NCBI GenBank assembly: GCA_964016885.1
Contig: OZ024743.1
Coordinates: forward strand, 307,644,001 to 307,708,000
Source of the DNA: Eledone cirrhosa
Lineage: Eukaryota
DNA: 64,000 bases
Direction: 5' to 3'
Every line of letters starts with the position of its first letter. Position 1 is the first letter of the stretch. Shown here in pieces: positions 36,401-49,700 of the stretch. The notes under the pieces are model-generated. The model was not told the origin of the DNA. It did not search any database and saw only the letters and a program-made list of their open reading frames with translations. The translations under genes were made by a program, and so were the position numbers.

Positions 36401-39400
36401 TGAGCATGCCTTGCTGGATGTGTAAAGTTTGTGTCTGTAAAGGTTTGAAAGATATGAGGTGAGCATGCCCTGCTGGATGTGTAAAGTTTGTGTCTGTAAA
36501 GGTTTGAAAGATAGGTGAGCATGCCTTGCTGGATGTGTAAAGGTTTGAAAGATAGGAGGTGAGCATGCCCTGCTGGATGTGTAAAGTTTGTGTCTGTAAA
36601 GGTTTGAAAGATAGGAGGTGAGCATGCCTTGCTGGATGTGTAAAGTTTGTGTCTGTAAAGGTTTGAAAGATATGAGGTGAGCATGCCATGCTGGATGTGT
36701 AAAATTTGTGTCTGTAAAGGTTTGAAAGATAGGTGAGCATGCCTTGTTGGATGTGTAAAGTTTGTGTCTGTAAAGGTTTGAAAGATAGGAGGTGAGCATG
36801 CCCTGCTGGATGTGTAAAGTTTGTGTCTGTAAAGGTTTGAAAGATAGGAGGTGAGCATGCCTTGCTGGATGTGTAAAGTTTGTGTCTGTAAAGGTTTGAA
36901 AGATAGGTGAGCATGCCTTGCTGGATGTGTAAAGTTTGTGTCTGTAAAGGTTTGAAAGATAGGAGGTGAGCATGCCCTGCTGGATGTGTAAAGTTTGTGT
37001 CTGTAAAGGTTTGAAAGATAGGTGAGCATGCCTTGATGGATGTGTAAAGTTTGTGTCTGTAAAGGTTTGAAAGATAGGTGAGCATGCCTTGATGGATGTG
37101 TAAAGTTTGTGTCTGTAAAGGTTTGAAAGATAGGAGGTGAGCATGCCTTGCTGGATGTGTAAAGTTTGTGTCTGTAAAGGTTTGAAAGATAGGAGGTGAG
37201 CATCCCTTGATGGATGTGTAAAGTTTGTGTCTGTAAAGGTTTGAAAGATAGGAGGTGAGCATGCCTTGCTGGATGTGTGAAGTTTGTGTCTGTAAAGGTT
37301 TGAAAGATAGGAGGTGAGCATGCCTTGCTGGATGTGTAAAGTTTGTGTCTGTAAAGGTTTGAAAGATAGGAGGTGAGCATGCCTTGCTGGATGTGTAAAG
37401 TTTGTGTCTGTAAAGGTTTGAAAGATATGAGGTGAGCATGCCCTGCTGGATGTGTAAAGTTTGTGTCTGTAAAGGTTTGAAAGATAGGTGAGCATGCCTT
37501 GCTGGATGTGTAAAGTTTGTGTCTGTAAAGGTTTGAAAGATAGGAGGTGAGCATGCCCTGCTGGATGTGTAAAGTTTGTGTCTGTAAAGGTTTGAAAGAT
37601 AGGAGGTGAGCATGCCTTGCTGGATGTGTAAAGTTTGTGTCTGTAAAGGTTTGAAAGATATGAGGTGAGCATGCCATGCTGGATGTGTAAAATTTGTGTC
37701 TGTAAAGGTTTGAAAGATAGGTGAGCATGCCTTGCTGGATGTGTAAAGTTTGTGTCTGTAAAGGTTTGAAAGATAGGAGGTGAGCATGCCCTGCTGGATG
37801 TGTAAAGTTTGTGTCTGTAAAGGTTTGAAAGATAGGAGGTGAGCATGCCTTGCTGGATGTGTAAAGTTTGTGTCTGTAACGGTTTGAAAGATAGGTGAGC
37901 ATGCCCTGCTGGATGTGTAAAGTTTGTGTCTGTAAAGGTTTGAAAGATAGGTGAGCATGCTCTGCTGGATGTGTAACGTTTGTGACTGTAAAGGTTTGAA
38001 AGATAGGTGAGCATACCTTGCTGGATGTGTAAAGTTTGTGTCTGTAAAGGTTTGAAAGATAGGAGGTGAGCATGCCTTGCTGGATGTGTAAAGTTTGTGT
38101 CTGTAAAGGTTTGAAAGATAGGTGAGCATGCCTTGCTGGATGTGTAAAGTTTGTGTCTGTAAAGGTTTGAAAGATAGGAGGTGAGCATGCCCTGCTGGAT
38201 GTGTAAAGTTTGTGTCTGTAAAGGTTTGAAAGATAGGTGAGCATGCCTTGCTGGATGTGTAAAGTTTGTGTCTGTAAAGGTTTGAAAGATGGGAGGTGAG
38301 CATGCCCTGCTGGATGTGTAAAGTTTGTGTCTGTAAAGGTTTGAAAGATAGGAGGTGAGCATGCCCTGCTGGATGTGTAAAGTTTGTGTCTGTAAAGGTT
38401 TGAAAGATAGGAGGTGAGCATGTCCTGCTGGATGTGTAAAGTTTGTGTCTGTAAAGGTTTGAAAGATAGGTGGTGAGCATGCCTTGCTGGATGTGTAAAG
38501 TTTGTGTCTGTAAAGGTTTGAAAGGTAGGAGGTGAGCATGTCCTGCTGGATGTGTAAAGTTTGTGTCGGTAAAGGTTTGAAAGATAGGTGAGCATGCCTT
38601 GCTGGATGTGTAAAGTTTGTGTCTGTCAAGGTTTGAAAGATAGGAGGTGAGCATGCCTTGCTGGATGTGTAATGTTTGTGTCTGTAAAGGTTTGAAAGAT
38701 AGGAGGTGAGCATGCCTTGCTGGATGTGTAAAGTTTGTGTCTGTAAAGGTTTGAAAGATAGGAGGTGAGCATGCCTTGCTGGATGTGTAAAGTTTGTGTC
38801 TGTAAAGGTTTGAAAGATAGGATGTGAGCATGCCTTGCTGGATGTGTAAAGTTTGTGTCTGTAAAGGTTTGAAAGATAGGTGGTGAGCATGCCTTACTGG
38901 ATGTGTAAAGTTTGTGTCTGTAAAGGTTTGAAAGGTAGGAGGTGAGCATGCCTTGCTGGATGTGTAAAGTTTGTGTCTGTAAAGGTTTGAAAGATATGAG
39001 GTGAGCATGCCCTGCTGGATGTGTAAAGTTTGTGTCTGTGAAGGTTTGAAAGATATGAGGTGAGCATGCCCTGCTGGATGTGTAAAGTTTGTGTCTGTAA
39101 AGGTTTGAAAGATAGGTGAGCATGCCTTGCTTCATGTGTAAAGTTTGTGTCTGTAAAGGTTTGAAAGATAGGAGGTGAGCATGCCTTGCTGGATGTGTAA
39201 AGTTTGTGTCTGTAAATGTTTGAAAGATAGGAGGTGAGCATGCCCTGCTGGATTTGTAAAGTTTGTGTCTGTAAAGGTTTGAAAGATAGGAGGTGAGCAT
39301 GCCCTGCTGGATGTATAAAGTTTGTGTCTGTAAATGTTTGAAAGATAGGTGAGCATGCCTTGCTTCATGTGTAAAGTTTGTGTCTGTAAAGGTTTGAAAG

Positions 39401-42400
39401 ATAGGAGGTGAGCGTGCCTTGCTGGATGTGTAAAGTTTGTGTCTGTAAAGGTTTGAAAGACAGGAGGTGAGCATGCCTTGCTGGATGTGTAAAGTTTGTG
39501 CCTGTAAAGGTTTGAAAGACAGGAGGTGAGCATGCCTTGCTGGACGTGTAAAGTTTGTGTCTGTAAAGGTTTGAAAGATAGGAGGTGAGCATGCCTTGCT
39601 AGATGTGTAAAGTTTGTGTCTGTAAAGGTTTGAAAGATAGGTGAGCATGCCTTGATGGATGTGTAAAGTTTGTGTCTGTAAAGGTTTGAAAGATAGGAGG
39701 TGAGTATGCCCTGCTGGATGTGTAAAGTTTGTGTCTGTAAAGGTTTGAAAGATAGGAGGTGAGCATGCCTTGCTAGATGTGTAAAGTTTGTGTCTGTAAA
39801 GGTTTGAAAGATAGGAGGTGAACATGCCTTGCTGGATGTGTAAACTTTGTGTCTGTAAAGGTTTGAAAGATAGGAGGTGAGCATGCCCTGCTGGATGTGT
39901 AAAGTTTGTGTCTGTAAAGGTTTGAAAGATAGGAGGTGAGCATGCCTTGCTGGATGTGTAAAGTTTGTGTCTGTAAAGGTTTGAAAGATAGGAGGTGAGC
40001 ATGCCCTGCTGGATGTGTAAAGTTTGTGTCTGTAAAGGTTTGAAAGATAGGAGGTGAGCATGCCCTGCTGGATGTGTAAAGTGTGTGTCTGTAAAGGTTT
40101 GAAAGATAGGTGAGCATGCCTTGCTTCATGTGTAAAGTTTGTCTGTAAAGGTTTGAAAGATAGGTGAGCATGCCTTGATGGATGTGTAATGTTTGTGTCT
40201 GTAAAGGTTTGAATGATAGGTGAGCATGCCTTGATGGATATGTAAAGTTTGTGTCTGTAAAGGTTTGAAAGATAGGAGGTGAGTATGCCCTGCTGGATGT
40301 GTAAAGTTTGTGTCTGTAAAGGTTTGAAAGATAGGTGAGCATGCCTTGATGGATGTGTAAAGTTTGTGTCTGTAAAGGTTTGAAAGATAGGAGGTGAGCA
40401 TGCCTTGCTGGATGTGTAAAGTTTGTGTCTGTAAAGGTTTGAAAGATAGGAGGTGAGCATCCCTTGATGGATGTGTAAAGTTTGTGTCTGTAAAGGTTTG
40501 AAAGATAGGAGGTGAGCATGCCTTGCTGGATGTGTGAAGTTTGTGTCTGTAAAGGTTTGAAAGATAGGAGGTGAGCATGCCCTGCTGGATGTGTAAAGTT
40601 TGTGTCTGTAAAGGTTTGAAAGATAGGTGAGCATGCCTTGCTGGATGTGTAAAGTTTGTGTCTGTAAAGGTTTGAAAGATAGGAGGTGAGCATGCCCTGC
40701 TGGATGTGTAAAGTTTGTGTCTGTAAAGGTTTGAAAGATAGGAGGTGAGCATGCCTTGCTGGATGTGTAAAGTTTGTGTCTGTAAAGGTTTGAAAGATAT
40801 GAGGTGAGCATGCCATGCTGGATGTGTAAAATTTGTGTCTGTAAAGGTTTGAAAGATAGGTGAGCATGCCTTGCTGGATGTGTAAAGTTTGTGTCTGTAA
40901 AGGTTTGAAAGATAGGAGGTGAGCATGCCCTGCTGGATGTGTAAAGTTTGCGTCTGTAAAGGTTTGAAAGATAGGAGGTGAGCATGCCTTGCTGGATGTG
41001 TAAAGTTTGTGTCTGTAACGGTTTGAAAGATAGGTGAGCATGCCCTGCTGGATGTGTAAAGTTTGTGTCTGTAAAGGTTTGAAAGATAGGTGAGCATGCT
41101 CTGCTGGATGTGTAACGTTTGTGACTGTAAAGGTTTGAAAGATAGGTGAGCATACCTTGCTGGATGTGTAAAGTTTGTGTCTGTAAAGGTTTGAAAGATA
41201 GGAGGTGAGCATGCCTTGCTGGATGTGTAAAGTTTGTGTCTGTAAAGGTTTGAAAGATAGGTGAGCATGCCTTGCTGGATGTGTAAAGTTTGTGTCTGTA
41301 AAGGTTTGAAAGATAGGAGGTGAGCATGCCCTGCTGGATGTGTAAAGTTTGTGTCTGTAAAGGTTTGAAAGATAGGTGAGCATGCCTTGCTGGATGTGTA
41401 AAGTTTGTGTCTGTAAAGGTTTGAAAGATGGGAGGTGAGCATGCCCTGCTGGATGTGTAAAGTTTGTGTCTGTAAAGGTTTGAAAGATAGGAGGTGAGCA
41501 TGCCCTGCTGGATGTGTAAAGTTTGTGTCTGTAAAGGTTTGAAAGATAGGAGGTGAGCATGTCCTGCTGGATGTGTAAAGTTTGTGTCTGTAAAGGTTTG
41601 AAAGATAGGAGGTGAGCATGTCCTGCTGGATGTGTAAAGTTTGTGTCGGTAAAGGTTTGAAAGATAGGTGAGCATGCCTTGCTGGATGTGTAAAGTTTGT
41701 GTCTGTCAAGGTTTGAAAGATAGGAGGTGAGCATGCCTTGCTGGATGTGTAATGTTTGTGTCTGTAAAGGTTTGAAAGATAGGAGGTGAGCATGCCTTGC
41801 TGGATGTGTAAAGTTTGTGTCTGTAAAGGTTTGAAAGATAGGAGGTGAGCATGCCTTGCTGGATGTGTAAAGTTTGTGTCTGTAAAGGTTTGAAAGATAG
41901 GATGTGAGCATGCCTTGCTGGATGTGTAAAGTTTGTGTCTGTAAAGGTTTGAAAGATAGGTGGTGAGCATGCCTTGCTGGATGTGTAAAGTTTGTGTCTG
42001 TAAAGGTTTGAAAGGTAGGAGGTGAGCATGCCTTGCTGGATGTGTAAAGTTTGTGTCTGTAAAGGTTTGAAAGATATGAGGTGAGCATGCCCTGCTGGAT
42101 GTGTAAAGTTTGTGTCTGTGAAGGTTTGAAAGATATGAGGTGAGCATGCCCTGCTGGATGTGTAAAGTTTGTGTCTGTAAAGGTTTGAAAGATAGGTGAG
42201 CATGCCTTGCTTCATGTGTAAAGTTTGTGTCTGTAAAGGTTTGAAAGATAGGAGGTGAGCATGCCTTGCTGGATGTGTAAAGTTTGTGTCTGTAAAGGTT
42301 TGAAAGATAGGAGGTGAGCATGCCCTGCTGGATGTGTAAAGTTTGTGTCTGTAAAGGTTTGAAAGATAGGAGGTGAGCATGCCCTGCTGGATGTATAAAG

Positions 42401-45270
42401 TTTGTGTCTGTAAATGTTTGAAAGATAGGTGAGCATGCCTTGCTTCATGTGTAAAGTTTGTGTCTGTAAAGGTTTGAAAGATAGGAGGTGAGCGTGCCTT
42501 GCTGGATGTGTAAAGTTTGTGTCTGTAAAGGTTTGAAAGACAGGAGGTGAGCATGCCTTGCTGGATGTGTAAAGTTTGTGTCTGTAAAGGTTTGAAAGAT
42601 AGGAGGTGAGCATGCCCTGCTGGATGTGTAAAGTTTGTGTCTGTAAAGGTTTGAAAGACAGGAGGTGAGCATGCCTTGCTGGATGTGTAAAGTTTGTGTC
42701 TGTAAAGGTTTGAAAGACAGGAGGTGAGCATGCCTTGCTGGACGTGTAAAGTTTGTGTCTGTAAAGGTTTGAAAGATAGGAGGTGAGCATGCCTTGCTAG
42801 ATGTGTAAAGTTTGTGTCTGTAAAGGTTTGAAAGATAGGTGAGCATGCCTTGATGGATGTGTAAAGTTTGTGTCTGTAAAGGTTTGAAAGATAGGAGGTG
42901 AGTATGCCCTGCTGGATGTGTAAAGTTTGTGTCTGTAAAGGTTTGAAAGATAGGAGGTGAGCATGCCTTGCTAGATGTGTAAAGTTTGTGTCTGTAAAGG
43001 TTTGAAAGATAGGAGGTGAACATGCCTTGCTGGATGTGTAAACTTTGTGTCTGTAAAGGTTTGAAAGATAGGAGGTGAGCATGCCCTGCTGGATGTGTAA
43101 AGTTTGTGTCTGTAAAGGTTTGAAAGATAGGAGGTGAGCATGCCTTGCTGGATGTGTAAAGTTTGTGTCTGTAAAGGTTTGAAAGATAGGAGGTGAGCAT
43201 GCCCTGCTGGATGTGTAAAGTTTGTGTCTGTAAAGGTTTGAAAGATAGGAGGTGAGCATGCCCTGCTGGATGTGTAAAGTGTGTGTCTGTAAAGGTTTGA
43301 AAGATAGGTGAGCATGCCTTGCTTCATGTGTAAAGTTTGTCTGTAAAGGTTTGAAAGATAGGTGAGCATGCCTTGATGGATGTGTAATGTTTGTGTCTGT
43401 AAAGGTTTGAATGATAGGTGAGCATGCCTTGATGGATATGTAAAGTTTGTGTCTGTAAAGGTTTGAAAGATAGGAGGTGAGTATGCCCTGCTGGATGTGT
43501 AAAGTTTGTGTCTGTAAAGGTTTGAAAGATAGGTGAGCATGCCTTGATGGATGTGTAATGTTTGTGTCTGTAAAGGTTTGAAAGATAGGTGAGCATGCCT
43601 TGATGGATGTGTAAAGTTTGTGTCTGTAAAGGTTTGAAAGATAGGTGAGCATGCCTTGATGGATGTGTAAAGTTTGTGTCTGTAAAGGTTTGAAAGATAG
43701 GAGGTGAGCATGCCCTGCTGGATGTGTAAAGTTTGTGTCTGTAAAGGTTTGAAAGATAGGTGAGCATGCCTTGATGGATGTGTAAAGTTTGTGTCTGTAA
43801 AGGTTTGAAAGATAGGTGAGCATGCCTTGATGGATGTGTAAAGTTTGTGTCTGTAAAGGTTTGAAAGATAGGAGGTGAGCATGCCTTGCTGGATGTGTAA
43901 AGTTTGTGTCTGTAAAGGTTTGAAAGATAGGAGGTGAGCATGCCTTGATGGATGTGTAAAGTTTGTGTCTGTAAAGGTTTGAAAGATAGGAGGTGAGCAT
44001 GCCTTGCTGGATGTGTGAAGTTTGTGTCTGTAAAGGTTTGAAAGATAGGAGGTGAGCATGCCTTGCTGGATGTGTAAAGTTTGTGTCTGTAAAGGTTTGA
44101 AAGATAGGAGGTGAGCATGCCTTGCTGGATGTGTAAAGTTTGTGTCTGTAAAGGTTTGAAAGATATGAGGTGAGCATGCCCTGCTGGATGTGTAAAGTTT
44201 GTGTCTGTAAAGGTTTGAAAGATAGGTGAGCATGCCTTGCTGGATGTGTAAAGTTTGTGTCTGTAAAGGTTTGAAAGATAGGAGGTGAGCATGCCCTGCT
44301 GGATGTGTAAAGTTTGTGTCTGTAAAGGTTTGAAAGATAGGAGGTGAGCATGCCTTGCTGGATGTGTAAAGTTTGTGTCTGTAAAGGTTTGAAAGATATG
44401 AGGTGAGCATGCCATGCTGGATGTGTAAAATTTGTGTCTGTAAAGGTTTGAAAGATAGGTGAGCATGCCTTGTTGGACGTGTAAAGTTTGTGTCTGTAAA
44501 GGTTTGAAAGATAGGTGAGCATGCCCTGCTGGATGTGTAAAGTTTGTGTCTGTAAAGGTTTGAAAGATAGGAGGTGAGCATGCCTTGCTGGATGTGTAAA
44601 GTTTGTGTCTGTAAAGGTTTGAAAGATAGGTGAGCATGCCTTGCTGGATGTGTAAAGTTTGTGTCTGTAAAGGTTTGAAAGATAGGAGGTGAGCATGCCC
44701 TGCTGGATGTGTAAAGTTTGTGTCTGTAAAGGTTTGAAAGATAGGTGAGCATGCCTTGATGGATGTGTAAAGTTTGTGTCTGTAAAGGTTTGAAAGATAG
44801 GTGAGCATGCCTTGATGGATGTGTAAAGTTTGTGTCTGTAAAGGTTTGAAAGATAGGAGGTGAGCATGCCTTGCTGGATGTGTAAAGTTTGTGTCTGTAA
44901 AGGTTTGAAAGATAGGAGGTGAGCATCCCTTGATGGATGTGTAAAGTTTGTGTCTGTAAAGGTTTGAAAGATAGGAGGTGAGCATGCCTTGCTGGATGTG
45001 TGAAGTTTGTGTCTGTAAAGGTTTGAAAGATAGGAGGTGAGCATGCCTTGCTGGATGTGTAAAGTTTGTGTCTGTAAAGGTTTGAAAGATAGGAGGTGAG
45101 CATGCCTTGCTGGATGTGTAAAGTTTGTGTCTGTAAAGGTTTGAAAGATATGAGGTGAGCATGCCCTGCTGGATGTGTAAAGTTTGTGTCTGTAAAGGTT
45201 TGAAAGATAGGTGAGCATGCCTTGCTGGATGTGTAAAGTTTGTGTCTGTAAAGGTTTGAAAGATAGGAGG
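24480..45270. repeat. Tandem duplication of a ~10.3-kb unit (copies ~24480-34840 and ~34800-45270)
   Basis: Offsets are 10316 (24601/34917, 25297/35613, 41-bp monomer 26199/36515), 10375 (28251/38626, 31331/41706, 32070/42445) and 10434 (32890/43324). Confidence 0.92.
27200..32200. repeat. Internal 3080-bp-offset duplication nested in the 10.3-kb unit; a related block recurs at +4525 (41706/46231)
   Basis: ORF ends 28251/31331, 28757/31837 and 28990/32070 share offset 3080. Ends 41706/46231, 42212/46737, 42445/46970 and 42971/47496 share offset 4525. Confidence 0.85.
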
Positions 45271-46799
45271 TGAGCATGCCCTGCTGGATGTGTAAAGTTT
45301 GTGTCTGTAAAGGTTTGAAAGATAGGAGGTGAGCATGCCTTGCTGGATGTGTAAAGTTTGTGTCTGTAAAGGTTTGAAAGATATGAGGTGAGCATGCCAT
45401 GCTGGATGTGTAAAATTTGTGTCTGTAAAGGTTTGAAAGATAGGTGAGCATGCCTTGCTGGATGTGTAAAGTTTGTGTCTGTAAAGGTTTGAAAGATAGG
45501 AGGTGAGCATGCCTTGCTGGATGTGTAAAGTTTGTGTCTGTAACGGTTTGAAAGATAGGTGAGCATGCCCTGCTGGATGTGTAAAGTTTGTGTCTGTAAA
45601 GGTTTGCAAGATAGGTGAGCATGCTCTGCTGGATGTGTAAAGTTTGTGACTGTAAAGGTTTGAAAGATAGGTGAGCATACCTTGCTGGATGTGTAAAGTT
45701 TGTGTCTGTAAAGGTTTGAAAGATAGGAGGTGAGCATGCCTTGCTGGATGTGTAAAGTTTGTGTCTGTAAAGGTTTGAAAGATAGGTGAGCATGCCTTGC
45801 TGGATGTGTAAAGTTTGTGTCTGTAAAGGTTTGAAAGATAGGAGGTGAGCATGCCCTGCTGGATGTGTAAAGTTTGTGTCTGTACAGGTTTGAAAGATAG
45901 GTGAGCATGCCTTGCTGGATGTGTAAAGTTTGTGTCTGTAAAGGTTTGAAAGATGGGAGGTGAGCATGCCCTGCTGGATGTGTAAAGTTTGTGTCTGTAA
46001 AGGTTTGAAAGATAGGAGGTGAGCATGCCCTGCTGGATGTGTAAAGTTTGTGTCTGTAAAGGTTTGAAAGATAGGAGGTGAGCATGTCCTGCTGGATGTG
46101 TAAAGTTTGTGTCTGTAAAGGTTTGAAAGATAGGAGGTGAGCATGTCCTGCTGGATGTGTAAAGTTTGTGTCGGTAAAGGTTTGAAAGATAGGTGAGCAT
46201 GCCTTGCTGGATGTGTAAAGTTTGTGTCTGTCAAGGTTTGAAAGATAGGAGGTGAGCATGCCTTGCTGGATGTGTAATGTTTGTGTCTGTAAAGGTTTGA
46301 AAGATAGGAGGTGAGCATGCCTTGCTGGATGTGTAAAGTTTGTGTCTGTAAAGGTTTGAAAGATAGGAGGTGAGCATGCCTTGCTGGATGTGTAAAGTTT
46401 GTGTCTGTAAAGGTTTGAAAGATAGGATGTGAGCATGCCTTGCTGGATGTGTAAAGTTTGTGTCTGTAAAGGTTTGAAAGATAGGTGGTGAGCATGCCTT
46501 GCTGGATGTGTAAAGTTTGTGTCTGTAAAGGTTTGAAAGGTAGGAGGTGAGAATGCCTTGCTGGATGTGTAAAGTTTGTGTCTGTAAAGGTTTGAAAGAT
46601 ATGAGGTGAGCATGCCCTGCTGGATGTGTAAAGTTTGTGTCTGTGAAGGTTTGAAAGATATGAGGTGAGCATGCCCTGCTGGATGTGTAAAGTTTGTGTC
46701 TGTAAAGGTTTGAAAGATAGGTGAGCATGCCTTGCTTCATGTGTAAAGTTTGTGTCTGTAAAGGTTTGAAAGATAGGAGGTGAGCATGCCTTGCTGGAT

Positions 46800-49700
46800 G
46801 TGTAAAGTTTGTGTCTGTAAAGGTTTGAAAGATAGGAGGTGAGCATGCCCTGCTGGATGTGTAAAGTTTGTGTCTGTAAAGGTTTGAAAGATAGGAGGTG
46901 AGCATGCCCTGCTGGATGTATAAAGTTTGTGTCTGTAAATGTTTGAAAGATAGGTGAGCATGCCTTGCTTCATGTGTAAAGTTTGTGTCTGTAAAGGTTT
47001 GAAAGATAGGAGGTGAGCGTGCCTTGCTGGATGTGTAAAGTTTGTGTCTGTAAAGGTTTGAAAGACAGGAGGTGAGCATGCCTTGCTGGATGTGTAAAGT
47101 TTGTGTCTGTAAAGGTTTGAAAGATAGGAGGTGAGCATGCCCTGCTGGATGTGTAAAGTTTGTGTCTGTAAAGGTTTGAAAGACAGGAGGTGAGCATGCC
47201 TTGCTGGATGTGTAAAGTTTGTGTCTGTAAAGGTTTGAAAGACAGGAGGTGAGCATGCCTTGCTGGACGTGTAAAGTTTGTGTCTGTAAAGGTTTGAAAG
47301 ATAGGAGGTGAGCATGCCTTGCTAGATGTGTAAAGTTTGTGTCTGTAAAGGTTTGAAAGATAGGTGAGCATGCCTTGATGGATGTGTAAAGTTTGTGTCT
47401 GTAAAGGTTTGAAAGATAGGAGGTGAGTATGCCCTGCTGGATGTGTAAAGTTTGTGTCTGTAAAGGTTTGAAAGATAGGAGGTGAGCATGCCTTGCTAGA
47501 TGTGTAAAGTTTGTGTCTGTAAAGGTTTGAAAGATAGGAGGTGAACAAGCCTTGCTGGATGTGTAAACTTTGTGTCTGTAAAGGTTTGAAAGATAGGAGG
47601 TGAGCATGCCCTGCTGGATGTGTAAAGTTTGTGTCTGTAAAGGTTTGAAAGATAGGAGGTGAACATGCCCTGCTGGATGTGTAAAATTTGTGTCTGTAAA
47701 GGTTTGAAAGATAGGTGAGCATGCCTTGCTTCATGTGTAAAGTTTGTCTGTAAAGGTTTGAAAGATAGGTGAGCATGCCTTGCTTCATGTGTAAAGTTTG
47801 TCTGTAAAGGTTTGAAAGATAGGTGAGCATGCCTTGATGGATATGTAAAGTTTGTGTCTGTAAAGGTTTGAAAGATAGGTGAGCATGCCTTGATGGATGT
47901 GTAAAGTTTGTGTCTGTAAAGGTTTGAAAGATAGGAGGTGAACATGCCCTGCTGGATGTGTAAAGTTTGTGTCTGTAAAGGTTTGAAAGATAGGTGAGCA
48001 TGCCTTGCTTCATGTGTAAAGTTTGTCTGTAAAGGTTTGAAAGATAGGTGAGCATGCCTTGCTTCATGTGTAAAGTTTGTCTGTAAAGGTTTGAAAGATA
48101 GGTGAGCATGCCTTGATGGATGTGTAAAGTTTGTGTCTGTAAAGTTTTGAAAGATAGGTGAGCATGCCTTGATGGATGTGTAAAGTTTGTGTCTGTAAAG
48201 GTTTGAAAGATAGGTGAGCATGCCTTGATGGATGTGTAAAGTTTGTGTCTGTAAAGGTTTGAAAGATAGGAGGTCAGCATGCCTTGCTGGATGTGTAAAG
48301 TTTGTGTCTGTAAAGGTTTGAAAGATAGGAGGTGAGCATGCCCTGCTGGATGTGTAAAGTTTGTGTCTGTAAAGGTTTGAAAGATAGGTGAGCATGCCTT
48401 GATGGATGTGTAAAGTTTGTGTCTGTAAAGGTTTGAAAGATAGGAGGTGAGCATGCCTTGCTGGATGTGTAAAGTTTGTGTCTGTAAAGGTTTGAAAGAT
48501 AGGTGAGCAAGCCTTGATGGATGTGTAAAGTCTGTGTCTGTAAAGGTTTGAAAGATAGGAGGTGAGCATGCCTTGCTAGATGTGTAAAGTTTGTGTCTGT
48601 AAAGGTTTGAAAGATAGGAGGTGAGTATGCCCTGCTGGATGTGTAAAGTTTGTGTCTGTAAAGGTTTGAAAGATAGGAGGTGAGCTTGCCTTGCTAGATG
48701 TGTAAAGTTTGTGTCTGTAAAGGTTTGAAAGATAGGAGGTGAACATGCCTTGCTGGATGTGTAAACGTTGTGTCTGTAAAGGTTTGAAAGATAGGAGGTG
48801 AGCATGCCCTGCTGGATGTGTAAAGTTTGTGTCTGTAAAGGTTTGAAAGATAGGAGGTGAGCATGCCCTGCTGGATGTGTAAAGTGTGTGTCTGTAAAGG
48901 TTTGAAAGATAGGTGAGCATGCCTTGCTTCATGTGTAAAGTTTGTCTGTAAAGGTTTGAAAGATAGGTGAGCATGCCTTGATGGATGTGTAAAGTTTGTG
49001 TCTGTAAAGGTTTGAAAGATAGGTGAGCATGCCTTGATGGATGTGTAAAGTTTGTGTCTGTAAAGGTTTGAAAGATAGGTGAGTATGCCCTGCTGGATGT
49101 GTAAAGTTTGTGTCTGTAAAGGTTTGAAAGATAGGTGAGCATGCCTTGATGGATGTGTAAAGTTTGTGTCTGTAAAGGTTTGAAAGATAGGTGAGCATGC
49201 CTTGATGGATGTGTAAAGTTTGTGTCTGTAAAGGTTTGAAAGATAGGTGAGCAAGCCTTGATGGATGTGTAAAGTTTGTGTCTGTAAAGGTTTGAAAGAT
49301 AGGTGAGCATGCCTTGATGGATGTGTAAAGTTTGTGTCTGTAAAGGTTTGAAAGATAGGAGGTGAGCATGCCCTGCTGGATGTGTAAAGTTTGTGTCTGT
49401 AAAGGTTTGAAAGGTAGGTGAGCATGCCTTGATGGATGTGTAAAGTTTGTGTTTGTAAAGGTTTGAAAGATATGAGGTGAGCATGCCCTGCTGGATGTGT
49501 AAAGTTTGTGTCTGTAAAGGTTTGAAAGATAGGTGAGGATGCCTTGCTTCATGTGTAAAGTTTGTGTCTGTAAAGGTTTGAAAGATAGGAGGTGAGCATG
49601 CCCTGCTGGATGTGTAAAGTTTGTGTCTGTAAAGGTTTGAAAGATAGGAGGTGAGCATGCCTTGCTAGATGTGTAAAGTTTGTGTCTGTAAAGGTTTGAA

